From the sequence record MN850611.1: DNA of 64,000 bases, one strand, 5' to 3'. The position numbers and the translations under genes are program-made. The stretch is from Escherichia phage nataliec. Shown here in pieces: positions 18,332 to 27,161 of this stretch. Below the pieces are notes generated by a model. That model saw nothing but the letters and a program-made list of their open reading frames with translations. It was not told the DNA's origin and made no database searches. Each line of letters opens with the position of its first letter. Position 1 is the stretch's first letter.

Positions 18332-18873
18332 TCTTTCACCATAGCATTTCTGAACTGACGTTGAGTTTCTCTTGTAATTTCGTCTGGAGTAAACCCTGCT
18401 TTCAGCATATCTCTGAAAAGAACTTCTAAGTGATTCTTTTCAATAATGTAAATTGCATTCTGCACAGATGTTTTAAGTTCCTTCAGGTTACTGCTAATTT
18501 CTTCGCACTTGTTGACAATCTCTGTATCAACTTTCTTAAAGACTGGCATGGTATATCTACTACCACCATTAGCAGCATCCATGAAAAATTTAAAAGATTC
18601 CTCAGAGTCCTTTAAAGCAATCCCTATAAAGTTCTTGTAAGCACCTGTGAAAGCTAAAGATTCAATCTCAGCAGTTGAGTATACAGTTCCTGCACACAGT
18701 CTTGCGGAGGTACTAAATGTGTGGTTTGGTGTTATGTCAAAGTCTAAGTTCTTCAGTGGTCGAAAATAAACTATCCCATTGTGTGAGATGTGTGTTACAA
18801 CAGCCTCAACACTCTTTGAAGGATTCTGTTTAACATACAAAATAATTTTATCGTGTTCTTTCACTTTAGCCAT
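18328..18873 (-). CDS. hypothetical protein
   Basis: 181 aa ORF. Confidence 0.5.
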   Translation of the reverse strand: MAKVKEHDKIILYVKQNPSKSVEAVVTHISHNGIVYFRPLKNLDFDITPNHTFSTSARLCAGTVYSTAEIESLAFTGAYKNFIGIALKDSEESFKFFMDAANGGSRYTMPVFKKVDTEIVNKCEEISSNLKELKTSVQNAIYIIEKNHLEVLFRDMLKAGFTPDEITRETQRQFRNAMVKE

Positions 18874-18945
18874 ATCTATTCTCCAGAAACTAAAAAGGGA
18901 ACTACCTCTCGATAGCTCCCATCATAATCAATATTGTATACTCGG

Positions 18946-19527
18946 TCAAGAGTATTTTTTAGGCAGTAATGCACTGCGCTTGTTACTCTCTTCACTCAAC
19001 AGTGCGATAAATTCATCACCTTTACCCTTCCACGGACTAAATGTAGGGATGTGTTCTCTGATAGCATCAATCACTGTTTTCAGGGCGTTATTTTTTAACC
19101 ACCAATCAGACACTGCCGAAGCTACAATATAATAAGCACCATCATCTGTGAAGATTGGCTCAGAGATACATGGTGAAATCATAGTGGTGATGATAGAGCC
19201 GTTATTCATGTAGTATGTTCTTTTTTCAACCTTATCAAGAAGCTTATGTAGGTCTGCAAAGAGACTCACAACCTCTTTATGGTCAATATCTTTTTCAAGA
19301 TTTGCTCTGTATTTCAGTAGTGCAGCATCAACCTCTTTATCATTGAATTTGAAGTATTGTACTTCTTCATTCACGCATACACTGATGTTGTTAGTGTTTA
19401 TCGTCAATTTGCACAGTTTGACTGGAGAATTGATGTTAGTCTGAAAAAGTGCTACACAGCCTTCTACATTTCCGAAATGTTTTACTAATGTAACTTCTGG
19501 TTGGATATGCTCATGTTCTTCTGACAT
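18946..19527 (-). CDS. hypothetical protein
   Basis: 193 aa ORF. Confidence 0.5.
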   Translation of the reverse strand: MSEEHEHIQPEVTLVKHFGNVEGCVALFQTNINSPVKLCKLTINTNNISVCVNEEVQYFKFNDKEVDAALLKYRANLEKDIDHKEVVSLFADLHKLLDKVEKRTYYMNNGSIITTMISPCISEPIFTDDGAYYIVASAVSDWWLKNNALKTVIDAIREHIPTFSPWKGKGDEFIALLSEESNKRSALLPKKYS

Positions 19528-19871
19528 TATAGTTTCCTCATTAAATACTTTTTAAGTTGTGTGTTAGGTTTCTCAAAAACTTCTATAGAAGATATCTTGA
19601 CAGATTCACCACGCATACCTGTGTGTTTGAATATATAGTACTCTAACATCCCTATATACTTTGCTGGTAAGTCATGTTTGACATACACCGTTACAGAATC
19701 TTCAAATTCAACAACCTTTGTACCATCTTTGTAGTTAAACTCTTTAGGATGGTTGTAGTTGTCGATGTCGTACATTAAAAAGAGTCTTTTCCGTTGCATA
19801 TCAAGCTTATTGGTTAAAGACTCTTTGATGTCTGAGAAGTTTTTATACACTATGACGTGGAGCTTACTCAT
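19527..19871 (-). CDS. hypothetical protein
   Basis: 114 aa ORF. Confidence 0.45.
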   Translation of the reverse strand: MSKLHVIVYKNFSDIKESLTNKLDMQRKRLFLMYDIDNYNHPKEFNYKDGTKVVEFEDSVTVYVKHDLPAKYIGMLEYYIFKHTGMRGESVKISSIEVFEKPNTQLKKYLMRKL

Positions 19872-20157
19872 CGTTAAACTCTCTGACGAAGAAGTAGTTG
19901 ACTTTATTATTACCTACCATAAGGTCAAAGCAGGTATTCTCAAAAGGTTTGTTGTAGGCATCATATGAAGTATACGTATCAGCTACTTGTTTAGTGTTGA
20001 GCTTTTTACTTGATGGATTTAAGAGGCCACCATACAGTTTCTTGATAGCCTCTTCTACAACAGACCAGATGATTTCGTCAGTAATTTCTTCGTACAGGTC
20101 AAGTTCACGCTCTAGTGAGAAGTCACAAATAGGGAAAATAACCTGTACTTTACTCAT
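19864..20157 (-). CDS. hypothetical protein
   Basis: 97 aa ORF. Confidence 0.45.
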   Translation of the reverse strand: MSKVQVIFPICDFSLERELDLYEEITDEIIWSVVEEAIKKLYGGLLNPSSKKLNTKQVADTYTSYDAYNKPFENTCFDLMVGNNKVNYFFVREFNDE

Positions 20158-20555
20158 TAACGAATCACCTGTGAGACTTGAATTGCTTCAGTTACTGACA
20201 AGTCACCTACTTTCTCTTCTTTGATAAAGGTGAAGGTAAGTTCAACAGGCTCTCGCTCTTCTTGCTCAACTGGAACACCATTAAGCTCATCAAAGATTGA
20301 TTGGGTTGTCCAATCTTCACCACCATCTGGGTAGTGGATTGCGTAAAGAGGGAACTCCATGTCAAACCAACCAAATACAGGACAACCATCTTCATCATCT
20401 CGTACTCGATGAAGTGTGCTTCCAGACCCTGTAAACTGAAGGAATAAATCTCCGTTGCACTTGTATATTACTGCATCGGCAAAACCTATATCTTCTCGAC
20501 CATCATGGCCAAACGTGTCAACTTTTACTTGGATATCTCTAACATCTTTATTCAT
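20157..20555 (-). CDS. hypothetical protein
   Basis: 132 aa ORF. Confidence 0.45.
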   Translation of the reverse strand: MNKDVRDIQVKVDTFGHDGREDIGFADAVIYKCNGDLFLQFTGSGSTLHRVRDDEDGCPVFGWFDMEFPLYAIHYPDGGEDWTTQSIFDELNGVPVEQEEREPVELTFTFIKEEKVGDLSVTEAIQVSQVIR

Positions 20556-20946
20556 AAAAACCTCTCTCTGCTTGTTCGATTTTTGCTCTTAAAGTTTCGC
20601 AATGATGTAGATGGTAGTTAGCTTCTTGTTCATGTGTTGCTAACTGCCTTTCCAGAACAGTTTTATAGTAACCTGCAAGTTGCTCTTTTGTCAACGGGTG
20701 TTCTGAAATAATATCAAGTCCACTTTCGCCAAGAGGGTTGAATTGTCCATGCTCATTGACATTGTAAGTCTCAAACTTGAACAGACCATTGTTCACAGAC
20801 TCAATAGGCGACAGCTCAACAAGCTCTACAGTAAACCGTGTATATACCTTGTCACCTCTTGAAACCACATTGTTTCCGACAATGCGTACAAGCGAGCCAT
20901 TACGAGTGTACTTAAAAGTTCCAAAGTCACTAGCCCAAAGTTTCAT
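20548..20946 (-). CDS. hypothetical protein
   Basis: 132 aa ORF with RBS aaggaga. Confidence 0.5.
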   Translation of the reverse strand: MKLWASDFGTFKYTRNGSLVRIVGNNVVSRGDKVYTRFTVELVELSPIESVNNGLFKFETYNVNEHGQFNPLGESGLDIISEHPLTKEQLAGYYKTVLERQLATHEQEANYHLHHCETLRAKIEQAERGFYE

Positions 20947-20959
20947 AGTTTTCTCCTTA

Positions 20960-20988
20960 GAAAATAAAAAAGGCTCCCGAAGGAGCCT
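20960..20988 (-). terminator. rho-independent terminator after the endolysin gene
   Basis: On the minus strand: hairpin aggctcc-ttcg-ggagcct followed by TTTTTTATTTT. Confidence 0.7.
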
Positions 20989-20997
20989 ATGAAGATA

Positions 20998-21462
20998 TTA
21001 CTTTGGATATACACTGTCAAGATAAATGTCAGCTTCCATTCTACGTCTGTTTTTCAGGCCGTTTGAAGTGACCTTCTTACCTTTTACTGTAACCTTGTTC
21101 CACCACTGCATAGCTTCTGCACAACCGACCTTATTACCAGCATTGTGGCGCTTGATAAATGTGGAATCCTGCATAGCTGTGATACCGATGTTGTATGTTT
21201 CACTTACAAGTGCATCGAACTCATTCTGAGAAGTTGGAACCTTGATGGCTTTGTTCACTGCTGCAACGAACTTTTCAACATCTGCAAGAAGATACTGTTC
21301 AGCTTGTTCAGCGGTAATCTTCATGCCCATCTTAACAGGCTTCCCACCAATACGAATTGTCCCATACCCAATTGTGGGGATTCCAGCAGAATCTTCGTAA
21401 GCCTCAAGCTTAAGACCTTCAAAGAACTTAATAGCTTCTAAACCTTTTCTTGAGAGTTGCAT
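20998..21462 (-). CDS. endolysin, GH24 lysozyme (T4 e / lambda R family)
   Basis: N-terminal LEAIKFFEGLKLEAYEDSAGIPTIGYGT matches the catalytic Glu, Asp and Thr region of T4-type lysozymes; 154 aa. Confidence 0.8.
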   Translation of the reverse strand: MQLSRKGLEAIKFFEGLKLEAYEDSAGIPTIGYGTIRIGGKPVKMGMKITAEQAEQYLLADVEKFVAAVNKAIKVPTSQNEFDALVSETYNIGITAMQDSTFIKRHNAGNKVGCAEAMQWWNKVTVKGKKVTSNGLKNRRRMEADIYLDSVYPK

Positions 21463-22346
21463 TACGCCTCCCCTGCTGGGTTAACTGTAACTGTTGCTGC
21501 ATTAGATGTTACAGAGCCACCTGCACCAGTAACTACACAGGTGTAGCTTCCTGCATCAGCAGCGGTTGCACCTTCTTTGGTGTAAGTTGCAGCAGTTGCG
21601 TCTGGGATGACTTCCTCACCTTTCTTCCACTGATAACCTGTTGCACCAGTAGCCACAACATTCAGCGTTAAGGTCTCACCTTCAGTGATTTCTTGATTTG
21701 CTGGCTGTTGAGTGATTACTGGAAGTGCATTCACAGTAACTGTTGCTGCATCTGAGGTAACACTTGTTCCACCCTCTCCAGATACAACACAAGTGTATGA
21801 ACCAGCGTCAGAAGGTGCTACTGACTGTTTTGTGTAAGTTGCAGAATTGGCACTAGGGATGTCCTCACCATCCTTTTTCCATTGATATCCAGTGGCGTTA
21901 GTTGCTAGAATGCTTAGAGTAAGTGTGCCACCCTCATTGACTGTTTGACCTGTTGGTTGCTGAGTAATTGCTGGTGGCTTAATAGCATCCTTCAGCTTAG
22001 CATTCAACATTGAGAACGGCTTAACTCTTGCCAACCATTCACAGTAAATAGTGTCAACATCTTTACCATTGATGATTGCATACTGCAAATCCATGAAGAA
22101 ATCAGCAGTTCTCATCTGTGCACCAACACTGTAAAGGAGTTCATCACTAAAAGGAACTTTGTAGTCTGGTTTGTAATCAAACTTCTCAACTTCTGCAATA
22201 TCAGCTTCAGGCCAATATGAGCTATAGGTGAGTGGTAAAATAGCCTCTTGATATGTTCTAAAATCATATCTCTTACCAGCTTTTACGTTTGCAATGAAGC
22301 CCTTCACAAACTCTTTAAAGTCTGGGTAAGTCTTTGCTTTAATCAT
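21462..22346 (-). CDS. protein with two tandem Ig-like domains
   Basis: C-terminal half has two about 90-aa repeats (ITQQP...TGYQWKK...AGSYTCVV...ATVTVN); N-terminal domain is paralogous to the next gene. Confidence 0.55.
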   Translation of the reverse strand: MIKAKTYPDFKEFVKGFIANVKAGKRYDFRTYQEAILPLTYSSYWPEADIAEVEKFDYKPDYKVPFSDELLYSVGAQMRTADFFMDLQYAIINGKDVDTIYCEWLARVKPFSMLNAKLKDAIKPPAITQQPTGQTVNEGGTLTLSILATNATGYQWKKDGEDIPSANSATYTKQSVAPSDAGSYTCVVSGEGGTSVTSDAATVTVNALPVITQQPANQEITEGETLTLNVVATGATGYQWKKGEEVIPDATAATYTKEGATAADAGSYTCVVTGAGGSVTSNAATVTVNPAGEA

Positions 22347-22714
22347 TTCTTTTCAGCCTCTAAATGTGCGTTTAGTCTAAAATAACCTTTGTGATTCGGA
22401 GATACATCACCAACAACAATACCTTTAACCTTATAGCCTTTACCAATTACATACTGGATATCCATAAGGAATCTTCCAAGTCCAACAATATGGAACATTG
22501 GATATAATAGGTTCTCAGAATCTGGAATATTGATTTCAGGTTTGTAGGTACGCTGTTCGATTGTTGGTGTAATATCTTCTTCAGGCCATTTGCTGAGTCT
22601 CCATGTCAAAGGTGTTGGGATAACATCATTAAGGTTGTACCTTTCACCATTTTGCACGGAATTGATATAGGATTGTAGGAAGCAATAAAAGTCTTTTGCA
22701 CTCTTAGCTTTCAT
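22343..22714 (-). CDS. paralog of the N-terminal domain of the Ig-like protein
   Basis: Shared motifs KRYDF/ERYNL and FFMDLQYAI/FLMDIQYVI; 123 aa. Confidence 0.5.
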   Translation of the reverse strand: MKAKSAKDFYCFLQSYINSVQNGERYNLNDVIPTPLTWRLSKWPEEDITPTIEQRTYKPEINIPDSENLLYPMFHIVGLGRFLMDIQYVIGKGYKVKGIVVGDVSPNHKGYFRLNAHLEAEKK

Positions 22715-22761
22715 TAAATATCCTTATAAATAGTTAAAGGGGCATCAGCCCCTATTCACAC

Positions 22762-23352
22762 TTAAGCTTTGGTCTTAAGTAGGTTCTTAAGTTTTTTAAG
22801 ATTCATACTCTCATCAAACTTAAAACCAAATCCATTGACATAATCAATGAACTCGGATTTCTTACTAAGTGACAATGCGTAACTCATATCAAAGTTCTTA
22901 CTTGTTTCTGCGTCTGGACTAGAGTTCACATCAAATGAAATTTCTGTAGGCTCTTGCTTACTTTTTCTCATATTATCAACCAACAAACATGTATAGTTTG
23001 CTGGATAGAAGTTTACACTACCATCAACGTAGCTGTACTTATTATTATGGATAAGGTTGGAAAATACCTTAAGGAATGTTTCTGAGTCGTGGCAAACAAG
23101 TTTGAATTGGCTGCTCTCTCCAAGCGCAACTAATGAGTACGGACTTTCACTATCAAAGTCATAATTTAGATTCGATGCCGTCACTGTTACACGCATCAAG
23201 TTATTAGCAATAGTCTTCTGTTTAAAAGAATTTTGAACATAGTGAAGACCTCTATCACACTGATTGACTAGCTCTTTAAGCAGGTCATTTGCATATGGCG
23301 AATTAATTGATACAGAGCCATCACTATTGTAATTAAAACTTACTGTTAACAT
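22762..23352 (-). CDS. hypothetical protein
   Basis: 196 aa ORF; hairpin AGGGGC-atca-GCCCCT downstream at 22723-22740. Confidence 0.5.
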   Translation of the reverse strand: MLTVSFNYNSDGSVSINSPYANDLLKELVNQCDRGLHYVQNSFKQKTIANNLMRVTVTASNLNYDFDSESPYSLVALGESSQFKLVCHDSETFLKVFSNLIHNNKYSYVDGSVNFYPANYTCLLVDNMRKSKQEPTEISFDVNSSPDAETSKNFDMSYALSLSKKSEFIDYVNGFGFKFDESMNLKKLKNLLKTKA

Positions 23353-23579
23353 TTTTCAGTTCTCCTGCGATTTATAATTTTGCTGCAATAGAGAAACGAA
23401 GTAAACTCACTGGAAGAAACTACTAAGTGTTGTTCACTAGATTGAGCCATTGCCCTGAAATACATTCCAGTCAAAGCATCATAGTGACTATTCTTTCCAA
23501 TTGAGGTTATATAGCCATGACTCTTTGCAGTTTGATATAAATCTATAATATCTGCGATTTCTAATTGGGAACTACACAT
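23346..23579 (-). CDS. hypothetical protein
   Basis: 77 aa ORF. Confidence 0.4.
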   Translation of the reverse strand: MCSSQLEIADIIDLYQTAKSHGYITSIGKNSHYDALTGMYFRAMAQSSEQHLVVSSSEFTSFLYCSKIINRRRTEKC

Positions 23580-23743
23580 AGATAATCCTCTTGTCTTCTG
23601 TAATTTTGAAAGAACAGGTACAGACCAATTTCAGAGGATGAATAGTAGAGTAACTCTACCCTTTTTGATTCCTTACAGTGATTGGTATTTTTACCTTTCT
23701 TCGGGTTGTTTGATTTTCTCATTAAGTCTCCTTTGTAGAACAA
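23561..23743 (-). CDS. hypothetical protein
   Basis: 60 aa ORF, first gene after the divergent promoter region. Confidence 0.35.
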   Translation of the reverse strand: MFYKGDLMRKSNNPKKGKNTNHCKESKRVELLYYSSSEIGLYLFFQNYRRQEDYLCVVPN

Positions 23744-23971
23744 GGCAGACCTACAGCTTTAAGTAAGATGGTACAGTAATCCATACAACAAGTCAAGAAC
23801 TATTGCAAGTTAAAAAAGTTGTTGACAAAGTACTTGACAAGGTGTAGGCTTATAAATACTTAGAAGATAACTTAAAAGGTTCCTCTAAAAAGGCTATTTA
23901 AACAGATATCTTTCTGGATATCTATCTTTTATCTTAAAAGCCTTTTAAGAGGTCTTATAAGAGGCATACCA

Positions 23972-24343
23972 ATGAAAAACAGAACAAACAAAGGCCAGTT
24001 TAAAAAAGGCCAGTCTGGAAACCCATCTGGAAGACCCAAAGGCTCTCGTAACAAAAGTTCACTCGTAAAAGCTCAACTGACCATTGATAATTCTGCTGAG
24101 TTTGCTGCAAAGTTGTTTGAGGCGATTGTTACAAGGGACGCTGCTAAGCTTGCAGAGTTCGGGTTAAACACAGACGACGTAACCATCAAGAGTATGATTG
24201 AGGTCGGTAAAACTATCATGACTCACTCAGCAGGTGAGATGAAAGCCATTGCAGCAGACACTAAGAAGACCCCTGATAATGGTGGTCAGCCCCAGACAGA
24301 TAACAAACCAACGTTCTCTGCTGTAGCGACTCTCAAAAAATAA
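23972..24343 (+). CDS. hypothetical protein with basic N-terminal GNPSGRPKG motif
   Basis: 123 aa ORF; Gly/Pro/Arg/Lys-rich N-terminus suggests nucleic-acid binding. Confidence 0.45.
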   Translation: MKNRTNKGQFKKGQSGNPSGRPKGSRNKSSLVKAQLTIDNSAEFAAKLFEAIVTRDAAKLAEFGLNTDDVTIKSMIEVGKTIMTHSAGEMKAIAADTKKTPDNGGQPQTDNKPTFSAVATLKK

Positions 24344-24355
24344 TTTTAAAAGGTG

Positions 24356-24385
24356 TTGACAGACTCTACAAAGTTGCTCTAAAGT
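24356..24385 (+). promoter_or_regulatory. sigma70-like promoter embedded in a palindrome
   Basis: TTGACA, 18-bp spacer, TAAAGT; GACAGACT at the -35 is the inverted repeat of AGTCTGTC at the -10/+1. Confidence 0.5.
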
Positions 24386-24424
24386 CTGTCACATCAAACA
24401 ACAAATGAGAGAAGAGAGTAAAAT

Positions 24425-25840
24425 ATGAGCGAGTTATTTAAACATGCGCACCTTCATGCAGGTCGAACTGAAAATGGTGCTGTAAACCATACTTCATCAA
24501 TGTCTGCTTTAGTAGATTTTTATAAAGCTGCTGGTTCAAGTCGTAGCAATGTAGAAATCTTACCAGACCTTTTCTATAAAGCTTTGCATGAGGATGTTGA
24601 TGTTGCAGTTCGTATTTTACTGCATATGCGAGATGTACGAGAAGGTATGGGTGAGCGTAAAGCTTTCCGAACTGTTTTACTTCAAGCGATTGAAGATAAA
24701 GTTTTAGAGCCTACACAGGTTCTTCGCATTATGGATAAGATTGCAGAACTTGGTCGTTTTGATGACTTCAAAATCTTCGTGGGTACTCGTTTCGAGACAG
24801 ATGCCTTCAAGCATTTAGAAGCAGCATTACTAGACCCTGCAACAGCAGGTTTGGCAGCTAAGTGGTTACCACGAGTCAAGCCACGTCATAAGCAGTTTGT
24901 AAAACGTTTCTGCAAGTTTGCCAACTTGAGTGAGAAAGAGTACCGCACACTGTTGTCTGCACTATCTGATACAGTTGAGCAAAAAATCTCTGCTAATGAG
25001 TTTGGTAAGATTGACTACAGTAAAATTCCTTCACTTGCTGCTGCACGTTACCAAAAACTCTTTAATCGTAAAGATGGAGAACGCTACAAAGCTTACATCG
25101 AGTCCTTTTCAAAAGGTGAGACTAAGATTAACGCTGGTGCTGTTTACCCATACGATGTGATTAAATCTGTCAAGTATGGTAATGCAGATGTTGCTAATGA
25201 GCAGTGGAAAGCACTACCAAACTGGATGGCAGAAGGTGAAAACATCCTATGTATGTCTGATGTTTCAAGCTCAATGTCTTGGGTGAATTTTGGTTCAATT
25301 ACTGCTCTTGATATTGGTGTATCACTTGCATTGTATGTGGCAGAACGCAATACAGGTTTCTTTAAGAATGAGTTAATGGTTTATTCAACAAACCCTCACT
25401 TCATCGAACTGAGCGGTGATTTACGAAACCGTCATCGTCAGGTGATGCGACACGTTGAATATGGCTCAACTAACTTACAGGCAGCTTTTGACCGTATTCT
25501 TGAGACAGGTAAAAGAAACAACTTGACTCAGAAAGATATGCCAAGTAAGCTTATCATCTTCTCCGATATGGAGTTCAATCAGGTTGATGGAGCTAACGGT
25601 CGTACAAACTTTGAAGCAATTCGTAGTAAGTACAAAAAAGCTGGATACGAAATGCCTCAACTGGTATTCTGGTACTTAGCAAACCGTAATGGTACTTGCG
25701 AAGTGTCTGTTAAGGATAACGGTGTAGCAATGGTATCTGGTTTTTCTCCAGCTACTTTAAAAGCTCTGCTTGGTGGTGAGAAGTTTGACCCAATCAGCGT
25801 AATGCTCAAAGCAGTAATGATTGACCGTTATATCTGGTAA
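24425..25840 (+). CDS. vWA-domain protein with Ro60/TROVE-like features (candidate Rsr ortholog)
   Basis: C-terminal vWA with MIDAS-type DxSxS (CMSDVSSSMS) and distal FSDME; the ordered blocks VYPYDVIKSVKYG, DVSSSM and IIFSDMEF parallel Ro60 blocks IHPFHILIALETYKTG, DVSASM, VFTDNE as I recall them; 471 aa. Confidence 0.45.
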   Translation: MSELFKHAHLHAGRTENGAVNHTSSMSALVDFYKAAGSSRSNVEILPDLFYKALHEDVDVAVRILLHMRDVREGMGERKAFRTVLLQAIEDKVLEPTQVLRIMDKIAELGRFDDFKIFVGTRFETDAFKHLEAALLDPATAGLAAKWLPRVKPRHKQFVKRFCKFANLSEKEYRTLLSALSDTVEQKISANEFGKIDYSKIPSLAAARYQKLFNRKDGERYKAYIESFSKGETKINAGAVYPYDVIKSVKYGNADVANEQWKALPNWMAEGENILCMSDVSSSMSWVNFGSITALDIGVSLALYVAERNTGFFKNELMVYSTNPHFIELSGDLRNRHRQVMRHVEYGSTNLQAAFDRILETGKRNNLTQKDMPSKLIIFSDMEFNQVDGANGRTNFEAIRSKYKKAGYEMPQLVFWYLANRNGTCEVSVKDNGVAMVSGFSPATLKALLGGEKFDPISVMLKAVMIDRYIW

Positions 25841-25858
25841 AAAGTTTTAAAAAGGGTA

Positions 25859-25887
25859 TTGACAATGTGTTTGATACCCTTTAATAT
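25859..25887 (+). promoter_or_regulatory. sigma70-like promoter at the head of the tRNA array
   Basis: TTGACA, 17-bp spacer, TAATAT, flanked by inverted repeat AGGGTAT/ATACCCT; a second TTGACA element follows near 25950. Confidence 0.55.
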
Positions 25888-26005
25888 GTTCTACATAGAA
25901 ACGAAACGAGAGCTTTTCTAAGATACTGAAAAATATTTTAAAAAAGTTCTTGACAACCACTAAAAAATAATGTTAAAGTGGTTACATAGAGTTTGAAAAG
26001 TTTAT

Positions 26006-26082
26006 CTCTGTTTAGCTCAGCTTGGTAGAGCGTTCCGTTTGGGGCGGTAAGGCCGGAGGTTCAAGTCCTCCAACAGAGACCA
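26006..26082 (+). tRNA. tRNA-Pro (anticodon UGG), CCA encoded
   Basis: Hand fold: acceptor ctctgtt/aacagag, D stem gctc/gagc, anticodon loop tTTGGgg, T arm ggagg-ttcaagt-cctcc. Confidence 0.65.
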
Positions 26083-26099
26083 AATTTAAAGGGGTTACT

Positions 26100-26456
26100 A
26101 TGAGATTTTTAAAAGAATGTCCAGTTCATGGTTTAACTGAACATAGCATTCATAAGAATGGTAACGCCGGTAATAGAGTAAATTGTCTAAAATGTTGTGC
26201 ATTAAGGACAAAACTTAGAGAGAATGCCAATAGAGAGAAAGCATATAAGCTTTATGGCGATAGCTGCAAAATTTGTGGCTATAATAAATGTAAAAATGCT
26301 TTAGAATGGCATCACCTTAACCCAAACGAAAAAGAGAATACACCATCAAAACTTATGGGTGCATCTTGGGAAAAGGTTAAAAAAGAACTTGATAAATGTG
26401 TTTTGCTATGTGCTAATTGCCACAGAGAGGTTCATAGCGGAATTACAATGATTTAA
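26100..26456 (+). CDS. HNH homing endonuclease
   Basis: Motifs WHHLNP and CANCHREVH; ORF track start 26022 overlaps tRNA-Pro, so ATG at 26100 (RBS aaagggg) is preferred. Confidence 0.7.
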   Translation: MRFLKECPVHGLTEHSIHKNGNAGNRVNCLKCCALRTKLRENANREKAYKLYGDSCKICGYNKCKNALEWHHLNPNEKENTPSKLMGASWEKVKKELDKCVLLCANCHREVHSGITMI

Positions 26457-26457
26457 T

Positions 26458-26532
26458 GTCGTAGAAGGCAAATGGTTAGCCACCTGACCTTCAATCAGTT
26501 GCTCGCAGGTTCGAATCCTGTCTACGACACCA
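26458..26532 (+). tRNA. tRNA, anticodon ambiguous (loop cCTTCAa, possibly UUC/Glu with C33)
   Basis: Acceptor gtcgtag/ctacgac, T arm gcagg-ttcgaat-cctgt, CCA encoded; anticodon stem has a mismatch. Confidence 0.5.
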
Positions 26533-26538
26533 GTTTTG

Positions 26539-26612
26539 ACAGAAGACCAATTACAGCAAACTTAATCTTATTCATCTGAAGGTAAATCGGACAAAGAAGA
26601 TATTTGGTCTGG
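26539..26612 (+). ncRNA. helix-bracketed structured element 1
   Basis: 5' CAGAAGACCAA pairs with 3' TTGGTCTGG, enclosing about 55 nt; sits between two tRNA genes. Confidence 0.35.
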
Positions 26613-26623
26613 TCATTAAGAAT

Positions 26624-26700
26624 TGCGGGTATAGAGAAAGGGCGTCTCACATGTCTCATTAGCATGGTATCGGCAGGTTCGACTCCTGCACCCGCCTCCA
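26624..26700 (+). tRNA. tRNA-Met or Ile2 (anticodon CAU)
   Basis: Acceptor (t)gcgggt/acccgc(c), anticodon arm catgt-ctCATta-gcatg, T arm gcagg-ttcgact-cctgc, CCA encoded. Confidence 0.6.
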
Positions 26701-26706
26701 AATTTA

Positions 26707-26770
26707 CAGAAGACCGTTTACAGCAATATTTATTAAATTTTTAGCGGAAAAATTGAAAGATACGGTCTGG
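26707..26770 (+). ncRNA. helix-bracketed structured element 2
   Basis: 5' AGAAGACCGTTT pairs with 3' ACGGTCTGG; internal hairpin AATTTTT-agcgg-AAAAATT. Confidence 0.35.
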
Positions 26771-26783
26771 TAATACTAAACAT

Positions 26784-26860
26784 GGTTAGGAAGCACATAA
26801 GGTATGTGCGGTCGCCTGTTAAGCGAATGGCACAGGGTTCGAATCCCTGACTAACCGCCA
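26784..26860 (+). tRNA. tRNA-Asn (anticodon GUU)
   Basis: Acceptor ggttagg/actaacc, D stem gcac/gtgc, loop ctGTTaa, T arm caggg-ttcgaat-ccctg, CCA encoded. Confidence 0.7.
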
Positions 26861-26929
26861 AATTTAGGAGAGAAGCGATTGCTCACCGATTTGTAAGGTG
26901 CAAGTCCTTAGCCTGAATAGAAATTAAAT

Positions 26930-27017
26930 GTGTCGTTATCCCGTAGATGGTAGCGGTGGGGACTGTAAATCCCTTGTCATTGAGACTCGGTAGGTTCGAC
27001 TCCTACACGGCACACCA
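26930..27017 (+). tRNA. tRNA-Tyr (anticodon GUA), class II
   Basis: 88 nt; acceptor gtgtcgt/acggcac, anticodon arm gggga-ctGTAaa-tccct, long variable arm, T arm gtagg-ttcgact-cctac. Confidence 0.7.
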
Positions 27018-27022
27018 ATAAA

Positions 27023-27100
27023 GGTTATGTAGTTTAATTTGGTTAAAATACTCCCCTGTCACGGGAGATGATGAGGGTTCAAATCCCTTCATAACCGCCA
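27023..27100 (+). tRNA. tRNA-Asp (anticodon GUC)
   Basis: Acceptor ggttatg/cataacc, anticodon arm ctccc-ctGTCac-gggag, T arm gaggg-ttcaaat-ccctt. Confidence 0.75.
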
Positions 27101-27161
27101 ATTTTGAGAGGGCTATTTAGCCCCTCCCTTAAAGAGTTCTTACGAGTATTCTTTAAAGGAG

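Noticed and set aside
23840-23860. TATAAATA (T4 late-promoter-like) motif in the divergent promoter region
   Set aside because: Single occurrence; not found upstream of the structural genes in this window, so no evidence for a T4-type late promoter class.
26022-26099. Upstream extension of the HNH ORF
   Set aside because: The extension is the 3' half of tRNA-Pro read as protein; the internal ATG at 26100 with an RBS is the real start.
26860-26929. Possible extra tRNA between tRNA-Asn and tRNA-Tyr (hairpin TAAGG-tgcaagt-CCTTA)
   Set aside because: T-arm-like hairpin has a non-canonical loop and I could not find a pairing acceptor stem; treated as spacer or degenerate fragment.
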